From contig CBEVQO010000004.1 in the NCBI GenBank assembly GCA_965552055.1, forward strand, positions 32,001 to 96,000: a DNA stretch of 64,000 nt, read 5' to 3'. Each line of letters starts with the position of its first letter. Position 1 is the stretch's first letter. Origin of the DNA: an uncultured bacterium (GTDB lineage Bacteria; Hydrothermota; UBA3073; NMUJ01; CBEVQO01). Under the pieces are notes generated by a model that worked only from the letters and a program-made list of their open reading frames with translations, was not told the origin of the DNA and made no database searches. Shown here piece by piece: positions 19,819-30,720 of the stretch. The translations under genes were made by a program, and so were the position numbers.

Positions 19819-20348
19819 TCGTGGTTATAACCGGCTTCGAAGGCTGAGATGTTGAGTTCAAGGGTATGAGGTGGGACTTCTGATTCGACCGATTTTTTCA
19901 AACTCTCTTTCTTTACTATTTTTGTAACTTTGCAGAGATAACCGAGCATTACAATATTTGAGGCAATTCTATTTCCTATTTTTTCGGCAATCCTCGTAGC
20001 AGGGATTTTATATAATTTTTTACCTTTTAATACTTCAAAATTTTCGATTTTCACCAGATCCTGGTCTATGATAACAATACCTTCTTCTTTAACTCTATCT
20101 ATGAATTTCGTAAATGCTTCCTGTGACATTGCAACGAGAATTTCTGGGTTATCAGCATAGGGGTAATGAATTTTTTTATCGGATATAACAACCTGAGCTG
20201 AGCAAGCGCCTCCACGGGCTTCAGGTCCATACGACGGTATAAAGGTGGCTTCTAAGCCCTCGTAAACCACAGCAGATTTACCCAAAATAAAGCCTGCCTT
20301 TAAAATACCCTGACCACCGAAGCCCGCTAAAATAATCTCCCTGCGCAT
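19815..20348 (-). CDS. korC: 2-oxoacid:ferredoxin oxidoreductase gamma subunit
   Basis: AGFGGQG, SYGPEARGG, NIVMLG. Confidence 0.9.
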   Translation of the reverse strand: MRREIILAGFGGQGILKAGFILGKSAVVYEGLEATFIPSYGPEARGGACSAQVVISDKKIHYPYADNPEILVAMSQEAFTKFIDRVKEEGIVIIDQDLVKIENFEVLKGKKLYKIPATRIAEKIGNRIASNIVMLGYLCKVTKIVKKESLKKSVESEVPPHTLELNISAFEAGYNHE

Positions 20349-20782
20349 CACCTGTAAGCCATCTTCAAAGCATCATTCACTTTTATGAATTTATCTTTTT
20401 GCTTCAAAAAATCATAAACCTGTGAAAGAGGAACATCAAAAAACGGAGCAATAACCCTGTCCTTATAAGAGATTATCTCGAGCATTATGTTTTTCACCTC
20501 TTCATCTATAATTTTCCTCTCATAAAGTCTTTCGATTAATCCTTTGGAATTACGACCAAAAATTATATCACCCTTTGATACCAGTAAATTTTTAGCGATC
20601 GCAATTATGTTATCTATCAGTGAATTCAAGTAATAGGAAGAAATTTCTTGTAGCTCGGGATTGCTTTCATATTCTTTCAATGAACTTATGCTATCCGATA
20701 GCTTTACGATTTCAGAAGTTATAAAATTTAGTTCTTCAAGCAAATTTAACGCAAGACGATTTGAAATATCATTTTGGGTCAT
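20348..20782 (-). CDS. DUF86/HepT-like HEPN-fold protein with degenerate active site
   Basis: Helical pattern LID.IIAIA..L...G......LIE.L....IID.E; the family GFRNxLVH motif reads SYKDRVIA. Confidence 0.55.
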   Translation of the reverse strand: MTQNDISNRLALNLLEELNFITSEIVKLSDSISSLKEYESNPELQEISSYYLNSLIDNIIAIAKNLLVSKGDIIFGRNSKGLIERLYERKIIDEEVKNIMLEIISYKDRVIAPFFDVPLSQVYDFLKQKDKFIKVNDALKMAYR

Positions 20783-21591
20783 TTTACCCCCTCTTTTAAT
20801 CTCTCTTCAAAAGTTTTTCTCTCAATGTCAACAAATTTACCACAAACTATTTTATCAGATGTGAGGTCGGTTTCTTTTGGGTCTGCTCCGTGTTTTATCA
20901 CAGATATTTTTCGGAATAATTTAATCCATTCTACACCCTGTGGCATTTTATTTCTTCTACCATAACATGTTGGACATTGGGATATTACTTCTACAAATGT
21001 AAATCCCTTTTTTAAAATTGCTTCCTTTATCGATTTTACCAGCTGCAATGGATGAGCGGTTGTCCATCTTGCTACATAAACGGCACCGCAAGCAGCAGTA
21101 ACCCAGCAAAGATTAAAGGGATACTCAAAATTACCGTAAGGCGAAGTGGTTGTTCTACCGCCAATGGGTGTTGTTGGACCAACCTGACCGCCTGTCATAC
21201 CGTAATTGAAGTTGTTAACACAAATTACTGTCATATCGATGTTTCTCCTTGCAGCATGTATCAAATGATTTCCACCTATGGCAAAGAGGTCACCATCCCC
21301 ACTTATTATGACAACATTCAATTCAGGGTTTGCAAGTTTTAAGCCCGTTGCAAAGGGAATTGCCCTTCCATGTGTCGTATGATATGTGTCAAATTTTAGA
21401 TAACCGGGAGCCCTTCCTGTGCAACCAATTCCCGATACAATGCAAAACTTGTCAAGGGGTAAACCCGAATCTTTTATCGCTTTTAGCATGCAAGATACAA
21501 CAGTGCCTATTCCACATCCAGGACACCAGATATGGGGAAGACGCTCTGTTCTCAAAAGGTCATCCAGTGGATGTTTCAAATTTTCGCTCAT
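20779..21591 (-). CDS. korB: 2-oxoacid:ferredoxin oxidoreductase beta subunit
   Basis: WCPGCG, SGIGC, HGRA, TPP motif GDGD...NN, YGMTGGQ. Confidence 0.95.
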   Translation of the reverse strand: MSENLKHPLDDLLRTERLPHIWCPGCGIGTVVSCMLKAIKDSGLPLDKFCIVSGIGCTGRAPGYLKFDTYHTTHGRAIPFATGLKLANPELNVVIISGDGDLFAIGGNHLIHAARRNIDMTVICVNNFNYGMTGGQVGPTTPIGGRTTTSPYGNFEYPFNLCWVTAACGAVYVARWTTAHPLQLVKSIKEAILKKGFTFVEVISQCPTCYGRRNKMPQGVEWIKLFRKISVIKHGADPKETDLTSDKIVCGKFVDIERKTFEERLKEGVK

Positions 21592-22736
21592 TTTAGTAAT
21601 TGCTTCGCTTTCTCATATATTTCCTGCATTGTTGGGAGACCACCACCGGGATGCCCCACAAAACCCATCTTAGCTCCGCCTTTGTTGCATCTCTCAACTT
21701 CATAGTAAATTTGACGATTGTTTAGTTCACAAACCAGAAATGCACCGCATTTTGACGAAAGCTCTGTTATCTTTTTCTCGGGAAAAGGCCAGACCGTTAT
21801 CAGACGCAAAAAGCCGGCTTTTACACCTTCATTCTTTAGCCGTTCGAATACAGGATAAATAAGACGGGCAGATACGCCGTAAGATACAAATACGATGTCA
21901 GCATTATCTGTATCTATCTCTTCAATTTTTGTGATTTTTTCTGCGTTCTTTTTTATTTTGTTACAAATTCTTTCTATCAGCTTTTTATGTGCTTCGCCAT
22001 TCATAGCGTCATATCCTCTTTCGTCGTGTGTAAGCCCTGTTGTGTGAGCTTTATAACCTGTGCCTGCAATTGCCATCTCAGGTATCAAACTCTCATCTGC
22101 AAGATATGGAAAATAATCTTCGGGAGGTTTTGAGGGTCTCTTCCTTTCCACCAATTTTATATCTTCTTCTTTTGGGATAACTACTTTTTCTGTCATATGT
22201 CCTATTATCGCATCGGACATTATGAAAACAGGGATTCTGTATTCTTCTGCGTAATTAAATGCCTCGATTGTTAAGTCAAAGCATTCCTGCACGGAACTCG
22301 GTGCAAGAGCAATAATTTCATAGTCACCATGAGAGCCCCATTTTGCCTGCATTATATCCGCTTGAGCCCATAAAGTCGGCAAACCGGTAGATGGTCCTGC
22401 TCTCTGAATATCTGCAATTACACAGGGTGTCTCCATCATTATGGCGAGTCCTATGTTTTCCATCATCAGTGAAAAGCCAGGTCCTGAAGTTGCTGTCATA
22501 CTCTTTGCACCAGCCCATGATGCTCCTATTATCGCAACGATGGAAGCAATTTCATCTTCCATCTGTATAAACACTCCTCCGACTTTTGGCATCCTTAAAG
22601 CCATCCTTTCGGCTACTTCTGTGGCAGGGGTTATAGGGTAGCCGGCAAAAAAATTACAACCAGCAGCTAACGCTCCTTCTGCAATAGCAACATCTCCTTC
22701 CATAAAATGAACACCCGTTAAAATTCTGCCCTCCAC
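21588..22736 (-). CDS. korA: 2-oxoacid:ferredoxin oxidoreductase alpha subunit
   Basis: AGYPITPATE, QMEDE, TATSGPG, QRAGPSTGLPT. Confidence 0.95.
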   Translation of the reverse strand: MEGRILTGVHFMEGDVAIAEGALAAGCNFFAGYPITPATEVAERMALRMPKVGGVFIQMEDEIASIVAIIGASWAGAKSMTATSGPGFSLMMENIGLAIMMETPCVIADIQRAGPSTGLPTLWAQADIMQAKWGSHGDYEIIALAPSSVQECFDLTIEAFNYAEEYRIPVFIMSDAIIGHMTEKVVIPKEEDIKLVERKRPSKPPEDYFPYLADESLIPEMAIAGTGYKAHTTGLTHDERGYDAMNGEAHKKLIERICNKIKKNAEKITKIEEIDTDNADIVFVSYGVSARLIYPVFERLKNEGVKAGFLRLITVWPFPEKKITELSSKCGAFLVCELNNRQIYYEVERCNKGGAKMGFVGHPGGGLPTMQEIYEKAKQLLK

Positions 22737-22741
22737 TTACC

Positions 22742-22768
22742 ATTATAATCAAATAATTTCTATGTCAA
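22742..22768 (-). promoter_or_regulatory. promoter TTGACA-N15-TATAAT, 5 nt before the korA GTG
   Basis: Read directly. Confidence 0.75.
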
Positions 22769-23457
22769 CATTTTTTTCGTTTACCTTCTTTTTTAAGTTT
22801 GAAATTTGCTATTTTCTTTGCGATATAAATTCCTATAATAGCACCTGCGAATGTATCGGAAAACCAGTGTTTATCTTTGTAAATTCTCATAAATGCAACC
22901 GATACTGCCATTGAGTATGCTAAAAAATCTTTCCATTTTTCTTTTGAAAATTCAGAGATTGTTGTAGCAACTGTGAAAGCAAGTGATGTATAGCCCGAAG
23001 GCAAAGAATTTTTTCCCTCCCCAAAACTAAAAGGAGAAAAATTAAACGCCCCTCTGCCTGTGTAAGGTCTACTTCTGCCAAACAAAATTTTGAAAAAATA
23101 AGTGGTAAGCTCTGCAAAAATCATACTCTCTATCATTGCATCTGTTAATCTTTTAAGGTTTTCATCTTTGGTCAATAATCCCAAACTTGTGACTGTAAAA
23201 ACAGGAATTCCTATTATTACCCCATCAATTCCTATTTTCTTGGGAAAGAGAGAGTCTATTTTGAAAAAAGTTGGATTGTGATATTGTGAAACAAATTCCC
23301 TTATATTTTTGTCAACGAACATTAAAGAAAAGGTTGTAACACAAGAAGAAGTTGCCAGAAATAACTCTTTTTTATTCCAGTAAAAAGGCGATGAATACAA
23401 AGATTTTGCATCCTGTAAAAAATCCGAAAAAGTAAACGCAATAAAAACTATGAACAT
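22765..23457 (-). CDS. PAP2-family phosphatase
   Basis: K...GRSRP, SLPSGY (canonical PSGH altered), RIY...HWFSD. Confidence 0.85.
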   Translation of the reverse strand: MFIVFIAFTFSDFLQDAKSLYSSPFYWNKKELFLATSSCVTTFSLMFVDKNIREFVSQYHNPTFFKIDSLFPKKIGIDGVIIGIPVFTVTSLGLLTKDENLKRLTDAMIESMIFAELTTYFFKILFGRSRPYTGRGAFNFSPFSFGEGKNSLPSGYTSLAFTVATTISEFSKEKWKDFLAYSMAVSVAFMRIYKDKHWFSDTFAGAIIGIYIAKKIANFKLKKEGKRKKC

Positions 23458-24326
23458 CAGAACTTTGCTTCTATAGTCAAAATATGAGAAAATGCTAAAC
23501 CGTATCTATAATGGCATAGAGCGTAAGAAATTGCAAAATGGGAATAAAAAACTTCAAATCCTGCGGAAAAATTCTCTGTATCATGGAAAAATCTTTTACT
23601 TATCTCTATTTGAAAAATATTAAGCGGTTTAAATACTAAAGCTGTGCAGATTTGCAAAAATTCGTCGACTTCTTTTCTAAAATCACAAATGAATTTTAAT
23701 GTTTTGTAAGAATATGAAAATCCAAGGTTTACAGTCACAGGTGCTGTTGGATAAATTCTGTAAAACACCAGATTTTGAACACAAAACCCTATTTCTAAAT
23801 TTTTGACTTCCGGGAGAAGATAAAAAATCCCAAGGTCAAAAGCATAAAATCCCTGTTTTTGCCAGAATAAATTTTGTTGAACTAACTTGCAGTTTAGTCC
23901 AAAAGAAAGTGTTTTAAAAGTTTTTGAAATGTTAAAAATCATAGCCCAATCTTCGATATTATATGTTGTTAAAGGTTTGTCCGAAGGTTTTTCACGGAGA
24001 GGTATTTCACCAGATGATACGGAAAAAAGCCCGAAACCCACATTTACTCCTGAAGCCTTCGAAACGATAGCCCATGAGAATGAATAAGTATCGAGAAAAT
24101 GTTTATTGTAAGAAAAAGAAAGATTGGAAATGGTTGACACATTTGCAGGATTACAGAATATTGCTTTTGCACCTTTTATTTCAGTTGAATAACACATTGA
24201 TAATGCTCTTTGAGTTGCATTTGCAGGTAGTTTTAAAAAATAGTAACCTACATCTTCTCTTTGAGAAGCGATTACCGAATTATAAAAATCCGACCAAATT
24301 GCTGTTATTAGAAAAAATATTTTCAT
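23457..24326 (-). CDS. PorV/PorQ (UPF0164)-like outer membrane barrel
   Basis: FLKLP..A.QRALS, AIFCNPA, FDLG, QNL, terminal Phe. Confidence 0.7.
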   Translation of the reverse strand: MKIFFLITAIWSDFYNSVIASQREDVGYYFLKLPANATQRALSMCYSTEIKGAKAIFCNPANVSTISNLSFSYNKHFLDTYSFSWAIVSKASGVNVGFGLFSVSSGEIPLREKPSDKPLTTYNIEDWAMIFNISKTFKTLSFGLNCKLVQQNLFWQKQGFYAFDLGIFYLLPEVKNLEIGFCVQNLVFYRIYPTAPVTVNLGFSYSYKTLKFICDFRKEVDEFLQICTALVFKPLNIFQIEISKRFFHDTENFSAGFEVFYSHFAISYALCHYRYGLAFSHILTIEAKF

Positions 24327-24332
24327 GATATT

Positions 24333-24421
24333 CGGAGGGGGTGGGATTCGAACCCACGCGGGGATTTTACTCCCCTACGCGATTTCGAGTCGCGCGCCTT
24401 AGTCCACTCGGCCACCCCTCC
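24333..24421 (-). tRNA. tRNA-Ser(CGA), no encoded CCA
   Basis: Acceptor GGAGGGG/CCCCTCC with G discriminator; anticodon arm CGCGA-CTCGAAA-TCGCG; long variable arm. Confidence 0.95.
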
Positions 24422-24439
24422 TGAAATACCACATCACTT

Positions 24440-24466
24440 ATTTTAACCTTAACTTCATTTTGTCAA
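24440..24466 (-). promoter_or_regulatory. tRNA-Ser promoter TTGACA-N15-TAAAAT
   Basis: Read directly. Confidence 0.75.
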
Positions 24467-24477
24467 GCATACATTTT

Positions 24478-24867
24478 TTATTTTATCCTTTGTGCACGAA
24501 GCAAAGCATTTTTATCAATTATGATCTCGCGATGCAACGGGTCTAATTTTATCTCGAAGCGTTGCATAAAATCATGTCCTACAAGAATATCGTAATCTTT
24601 ATCGAGCACCCAATCTTCTACGACATAAACAGGATGCATGCACCATACATCGAGAAGTTTTATCTCAAGATTCATTAAATGAGTCACTTCAAATTCTCCT
24701 TCGCCCAAGCCCTTCAATTTAATTTTTCGCGGTAATGCAAGTAATCCTCCCAGCTCTTTTGCGACTGTATGTTTTATAAAAGTAAGAGATGAACCTGTGT
24801 CAAAATATAAATTTAGCTTTTTTGAATTAATAGAGCGCACCTCAAAATTTTTTATTATATCACCCAT
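24478..24867 (-). CDS. Retropepsin-like aspartic protease
   Basis: YFDTGS catalytic motif and ILVG.DFM. Confidence 0.8.
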   Translation of the reverse strand: MGDIIKNFEVRSINSKKLNLYFDTGSSLTFIKHTVAKELGGLLALPRKIKLKGLGEGEFEVTHLMNLEIKLLDVWCMHPVYVVEDWVLDKDYDILVGHDFMQRFEIKLDPLHREIIIDKNALLRAQRIK

Positions 24868-25085
24868 TATTCCATAAATTTTGTGATTCTTTTCAAATAG
24901 TTGAAAAATCTTACAGCCATAACCGGTATCGCAATACCTATTATTATGAGGGCTACAGGCCAGTATATTCTCCAGATTTGCGGAACAATACCAAGATTAC
25001 GGAGTAAAGCAACTATACCAAGGGAAGCAACAAGCAAACCGACGATTATAAATGGAAAATATATGAAATCCCGTAAAAATGTCAT
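24867..25085 (-). CDS. Small two-TM membrane protein
   Basis: Hydrophobic helices, YWPVALIIIG; overlaps both neighbours. Confidence 0.6.
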   Translation of the reverse strand: MTFLRDFIYFPFIIVGLLVASLGIVALLRNLGIVPQIWRIYWPVALIIIGIAIPVMAVRFFNYLKRITKFME

Positions 25086-25423
25086 CTCTCAAATAAAATT
25101 TTGCCTTCTTTTATCGGCTTTTTATCCTTTTTACTTTCAAATTCTTTTTCTGTATAAACGAAAACATCAAGGTCGCAAGGTGCATTCTCATCATAAAATT
25201 CCTTCATCCTGTCACAAAATCTTTTATCAGATTTCTCAACCACTATCACGATATCAATATCACTGGAGGGCAAAAAATCACCTCTTGCATAAGAACCAAT
25301 GAGTATAACCTTTTTCACATTTACATTTTTCTTCAACTTTTCTACATATTCTTTTATGAATTGAAAAACTCTTTCCTTATTTGGGAAAATTACTTTTACA
25401 GAATTTGATGATTTCTTCAGCAT
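25082..25423 (-). CDS. MNT minimal nucleotidyltransferase (antitoxin)
   Basis: GSYARGD...SDIDIVIV. Confidence 0.9.
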   Translation of the reverse strand: MLKKSSNSVKVIFPNKERVFQFIKEYVEKLKKNVNVKKVILIGSYARGDFLPSSDIDIVIVVEKSDKRFCDRMKEFYDENAPCDLDVFVYTEKEFESKKDKKPIKEGKILFER

Positions 25424-25760
25424 AGCTTATTGCCCTTTCTGCTTCTGCTTTTGTATAATGTTCATGTGGTATCCCTTCTGCATGCATATTTGGATATCGA
25501 GGTCCCAGATAAAATTTGTCTAACTCTTTTGCTTTTTCTATTAATTCTTCCGGAACTCTTAGTGGTAATCTTTTAAGCAATCCTGCGATATTGTGTCCAT
25601 ATGCCTCTGAATTCAACGCATTAAAGAGAGCTTTTACTGCCTTTTCGGCTGATTGCTGAGCGGAAAAGCACGCCCATTCATAGAAGCCATCATTTAAATC
25701 TTTTCGGGCATGTTCAAGGTCAACTTCTGCCTGCATCATCCAGTCCCTGCTTCGCTCCAT
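25377..25760 (-). CDS. HEPN domain protein
   Basis: W...A..DL..A, ACFSAQQSAEKAVKA, RYPNMH (Rx4H). Confidence 0.9.
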   Translation of the reverse strand: MERSRDWMMQAEVDLEHARKDLNDGFYEWACFSAQQSAEKAVKALFNALNSEAYGHNIAGLLKRLPLRVPEELIEKAKELDKFYLGPRYPNMHAEGIPHEHYTKAEAERAISYAEEIIKFCKSNFPK

Positions 25761-25761
25761 T

Positions 25762-27192
25762 TTATCCTTTTACCACGCCTATTGGGCGCATTTTACATAC
25801 TTTGCGTGAAATGCCCGCTCTGTGCGTAACATCAACAACGATATCAACATCTTTGTATGCTTCGGGTACTTCTTCGTGCAATGTCTTTTCGGATTTTGCC
25901 ATAACCATTATGCCTTTGCCTGCCATCTCCCTCTCAATATTTCTTCCCCTTGTTCTTCTTATTGCTTCATGGCGTGACATAACTCTACCTGCTCCATGTG
26001 CAGTTGTGCCGAATGTCTCTTTCATAGCGAGTTCTGTACCAACAAGCACATAAGATGCTGTCCCCATATCTCCCGGTATAAGCACGGGTTGACCTGTTTT
26101 TCTGTATTTTTCGGGTAATGCTGGATGACCCGCTGGAAATGCCCTTGTAGCACCCTTGCGATGAACACAAACTTCTATCTCCTTGCCATCAACAACATGC
26201 TTTTCAAATTTTCCAATGTTATGGGCAACATCATAAACGAGTTCAAGTCCTAACTCTTCTTCTTTTATTCCGAACACCTGCATAAACGACTCTCTAACCC
26301 AATGAGTTATTGCCTGACGATTTGCCCATGCATAATTTGCAGCACAAAACATCGCCTTTATATAAGATTGACCCTCTTCGGAATTTATAGGTGCACATGC
26401 CAATTCTTTATCAGGAACATGAATCCCATATTTATGCACTGCCCTTTCAAGCACTCTCAAATAATCACTACAAACCTGATGACCAAATCCCCTTGAACCT
26501 GTATGAATCATGCAGGTAACGAAACCTTTCCTCAATCCCCATTCTTCTGCGAGTTTTTCATCGTAAACTTCCACAACTTCCTGTATCTCAAGGAAATGAT
26601 TTCCAGCACCAAGTGTGCCGAGCTGGGGTTGACCACGCTCATAAGCTCTTGGTGGAACTTTGCCAGGGTCTGCGCCCTTTATAGCACCTCCTTCCTCACA
26701 TGCAATCAAATCTTCTTTCTTGCCGAGACCCCTTCTTACCATCCAGCGAGCACCTTCAACAAGTACTTCTTCGAGCTCACGCCTGCTTAAGCGTAACTTG
26801 CCTTTTTCACCCACACCACATGGCACATTATCGTAAATAGCCCTCAATAATTCTCTCAATCTCTTTTTAACATCGGAAACTTTCAAATTTGTTCTCAATA
26901 ATCTAACACCGCAATTTATATCGTAACCAATTCCTCCTGGCGATATAACACCATCACTTACCCTTGTTGCAGCAACACCCCCTATCGGGAAGCCATATCC
27001 TGTATGAATATCTGGCATTGCGATCGAATATCCGACGATTCCGGGTAAATGCGCAACATTTTTAACCTGGCGTAAAGCACCTTGCTCAATCTCTTTTAAC
27101 ATCCTTTCGCTCGCATAAATAACCCCTGGAACACGCATGCCACCTTCTTTCGGTACCTCCCATTTATATTCTGATATTTTTCTCAAGTTCAT
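25762..27192 (-). CDS. rtcB: RNA ligase RtcB (archaeal-like long form)
   Basis: MPDIH.GYG, DINCG, GNHFLE, HTGSRG, YDVAHN, HRKGATRA, HGAGR. Confidence 0.96.
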   Translation of the reverse strand: MNLRKISEYKWEVPKEGGMRVPGVIYASERMLKEIEQGALRQVKNVAHLPGIVGYSIAMPDIHTGYGFPIGGVAATRVSDGVISPGGIGYDINCGVRLLRTNLKVSDVKKRLRELLRAIYDNVPCGVGEKGKLRLSRRELEEVLVEGARWMVRRGLGKKEDLIACEEGGAIKGADPGKVPPRAYERGQPQLGTLGAGNHFLEIQEVVEVYDEKLAEEWGLRKGFVTCMIHTGSRGFGHQVCSDYLRVLERAVHKYGIHVPDKELACAPINSEEGQSYIKAMFCAANYAWANRQAITHWVRESFMQVFGIKEEELGLELVYDVAHNIGKFEKHVVDGKEIEVCVHRKGATRAFPAGHPALPEKYRKTGQPVLIPGDMGTASYVLVGTELAMKETFGTTAHGAGRVMSRHEAIRRTRGRNIEREMAGKGIMVMAKSEKTLHEEVPEAYKDVDIVVDVTHRAGISRKVCKMRPIGVVKG

Positions 27193-27209
27193 AACCCCTC
27201 CTTTCTCTA

Positions 27210-27236
27210 AATGTATAAATATTTTTAAATTGTCAA
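27210..27236 (-). promoter_or_regulatory. rtcB promoter TTGACA-N15-TACATT
   Basis: Read directly; AGGAGG RBS downstream. Confidence 0.65.
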
Positions 27237-27248
27237 GTGGGAGATTTT

Positions 27249-28136
27249 TTAAATAATCCTATTTTTAATTCCATATTTCTCACACATCCTTTTTGATTTT
27301 TCTTCAAGTTCCTTCTGATATTCTTTTGATGGTGCAAAAGAGATTTTATATAAACTCTTATATTTTGGTAAAAGCTCGGGGTAGTATTTTTCTAAAAATC
27401 TGTAATAAAGAGTTTTGCAATCCGCATGACCTTTGCCAAATAAAGTCAAACTACCGACAAAAATAAAATCCGCTCCATAATTTTTTGCTTTCCTAATCAT
27501 TTCATCGAGTTTTTCCTCAGAATCCGATAAAAACGGTAATACGGGAATGTAAGAAACACCTGCCATAAGTCCTTCTTCTTTGATTTGTTGCATCGCTTCT
27601 AATCTTTCTACAGGACTGGGGGCACCCGGTTCAAGAAGTTTTGCCAGTTTTTCATCCAAGGTTGAAATCGAAAAATTTACAATTGCACCTCTTTTTAATT
27701 TATTTTTCAAATCTTCCGGTAAAATTGCATTTTTGTCAATCTCTTTAAGCAAATCCAGATCTCTCAAAACCATGGTTGATTTCGTTAAAATATGAACTGG
27801 AAAACGGTATTTAAGAATTATCTCAAGAATTTTCCTTGTTAACTTCAGTTTTTCCTCAATTTTTAGATATGGCTCTGTTGATGTTGATATGGCGATAATT
27901 CCATATTCTCCTTTCTTTTCCCTTCTTTTCAATTGTTTTTCTAAAACTTCAGGTGCATTTATTTTTACAGATAGCGTTTTTGACATGTTTTCACCATATT
28001 TGCTTTCCCTGATATAGCAATAAATGCAATTAAAAGAACAACCAGAATATGGGTTTATTGAATAATCATCTAAAAACCATTCATCCCTCTTTTTATGTTT
28101 ATTTAATATCGATTTTACCTGAATTTCATTTATCAT
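27249..28136 (-). CDS. Radical SAM protein, SplB/Rv2578c-like
   Basis: NPY.GCSFNCIYCY, TEPY, ILTKS, LEPGAPSP..RL. Confidence 0.85.
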   Translation of the reverse strand: MINEIQVKSILNKHKKRDEWFLDDYSINPYSGCSFNCIYCYIRESKYGENMSKTLSVKINAPEVLEKQLKRREKKGEYGIIAISTSTEPYLKIEEKLKLTRKILEIILKYRFPVHILTKSTMVLRDLDLLKEIDKNAILPEDLKNKLKRGAIVNFSISTLDEKLAKLLEPGAPSPVERLEAMQQIKEEGLMAGVSYIPVLPFLSDSEEKLDEMIRKAKNYGADFIFVGSLTLFGKGHADCKTLYYRFLEKYYPELLPKYKSLYKISFAPSKEYQKELEEKSKRMCEKYGIKNRII

Positions 28137-28141
28137 TTTAT

Positions 28142-28645
28142 TTACCAGTACCTTTTACCCTGCAAAAAGGCTTCTATTCCATGTTTCTTAATCTTTCTAA
28201 GATTTTTGATATGAGCATCGCCATGATTTGGTTTTAAAAAATCGAGTTTTTTACAACTTTCGAATTCATCGCACTCCCAGCAACCCTCAATACCTTTTTT
28301 CTGACAGCATTTTCTAATCTTACAGAAAGGAGGTCCTCCACCTTTTCTACAACCTTTACATCGCATTTTAACCATTGCACCGAGAACATCGTAGCAGATC
28401 GGATAATCCTTGAACTCCTTTGCGAATTTCGAAAATTCTTTATAGGTCTTATGAAGTTTCGCCTCCCTTAATTTTTTCCTTAAATCCTTAGCTAATCTTG
28501 CAATTTCACCTTTGTAGAAAAAGCAATCACCACAGTAAAGTCCGCAATAAGCTACAAGTTCTTCATCGGGTTTATCTGTGGATTTTGTTGGGTCTTTCGA
28601 TAAAAACTCTAATTTTTTCTGCTCCTTTTCTGATAGTTTTTTCAT
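28142..28645 (-). CDS. DUF3795-like Cys-rich protein
   Basis: AYCGLYCGDC, C.GC, C.IRKCC, CWEC.EF..C. Confidence 0.8.
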   Translation of the reverse strand: MKKLSEKEQKKLEFLSKDPTKSTDKPDEELVAYCGLYCGDCFFYKGEIARLAKDLRKKLREAKLHKTYKEFSKFAKEFKDYPICYDVLGAMVKMRCKGCRKGGGPPFCKIRKCCQKKGIEGCWECDEFESCKKLDFLKPNHGDAHIKNLRKIKKHGIEAFLQGKRYW

Positions 28646-28676
28646 TCCCTCTTTTATTATCCACTTCGTATTTTTA

Positions 28677-29186
28677 TCATCGACCTTTACTTCTCAAAGC
28701 CCGGCTAATTGCTTTTTTAACATCTTTATCCTTCTCACGCATCGTCTTATCTAAAAACTCCAGACAAATTTTTGACTCTGTTTTCCTCGCCCTTATGTAA
28801 GGTGGGATTGTTGCTACCGCCAATCTTCTTAACCATTTATTATCAGAGTTTATCCATTGCTCCATCAAAGAAAATATTTCTTTTTGATTCTGAACCGCTA
28901 AATTTACAATCACCTTTATCTTTTCTAAAGCACTTATTACAATTAATCTTTCATCTCTTTTGCCTTTTTTCCATAATTTCAATAATTTTTCAAATTTCCA
29001 GTCCTCCTCCAGTAATAACTTGCCCAGTTCTTGCCCTATTGAGTTAAGCAAAGGAGTTCTGGTAAATTTAAGTTTATCGGTCTTCCCCTCCTCAAGTTCT
29101 TTTGAAATTAAAGATAAGGTTAATTCAATATCTTCTTTTTTCAATCCATCGTAAATCAACTTTGCTATTTCTTTTTTATCTTTCAT
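28677..29186 (-). CDS. AlkD-like HEAT-repeat DNA alkylation repair protein, possibly truncated
   Basis: W..SDNKWLRR.A, D..V.KAI..ALR; only 169 aa. Confidence 0.55.
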   Translation of the reverse strand: MKDKKEIAKLIYDGLKKEDIELTLSLISKELEEGKTDKLKFTRTPLLNSIGQELGKLLLEEDWKFEKLLKLWKKGKRDERLIVISALEKIKVIVNLAVQNQKEIFSLMEQWINSDNKWLRRLAVATIPPYIRARKTESKICLEFLDKTMREKDKDVKKAISRALRSKGR

Positions 29187-29196
29187 CAGGTTAAGT

Positions 29197-29224
29197 ATTA
29201 TAACAAAGAATAAAAATTTGTCAA
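29197..29224 (-). promoter_or_regulatory. promoter TTGACA-N16-TATAAT
   Basis: Back-to-back with the guaB promoter. Confidence 0.65.
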
Positions 29225-29234
29225 CCCATTTATC

Positions 29235-30720
<1,486 letters not shown>

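Noticed and set aside
24333..29186. tRNA-Ser-anchored integrative element
   Set aside because: No integrase and no duplicated tRNA 3' end found; the accessory genes lie on the 5' side of the tRNA
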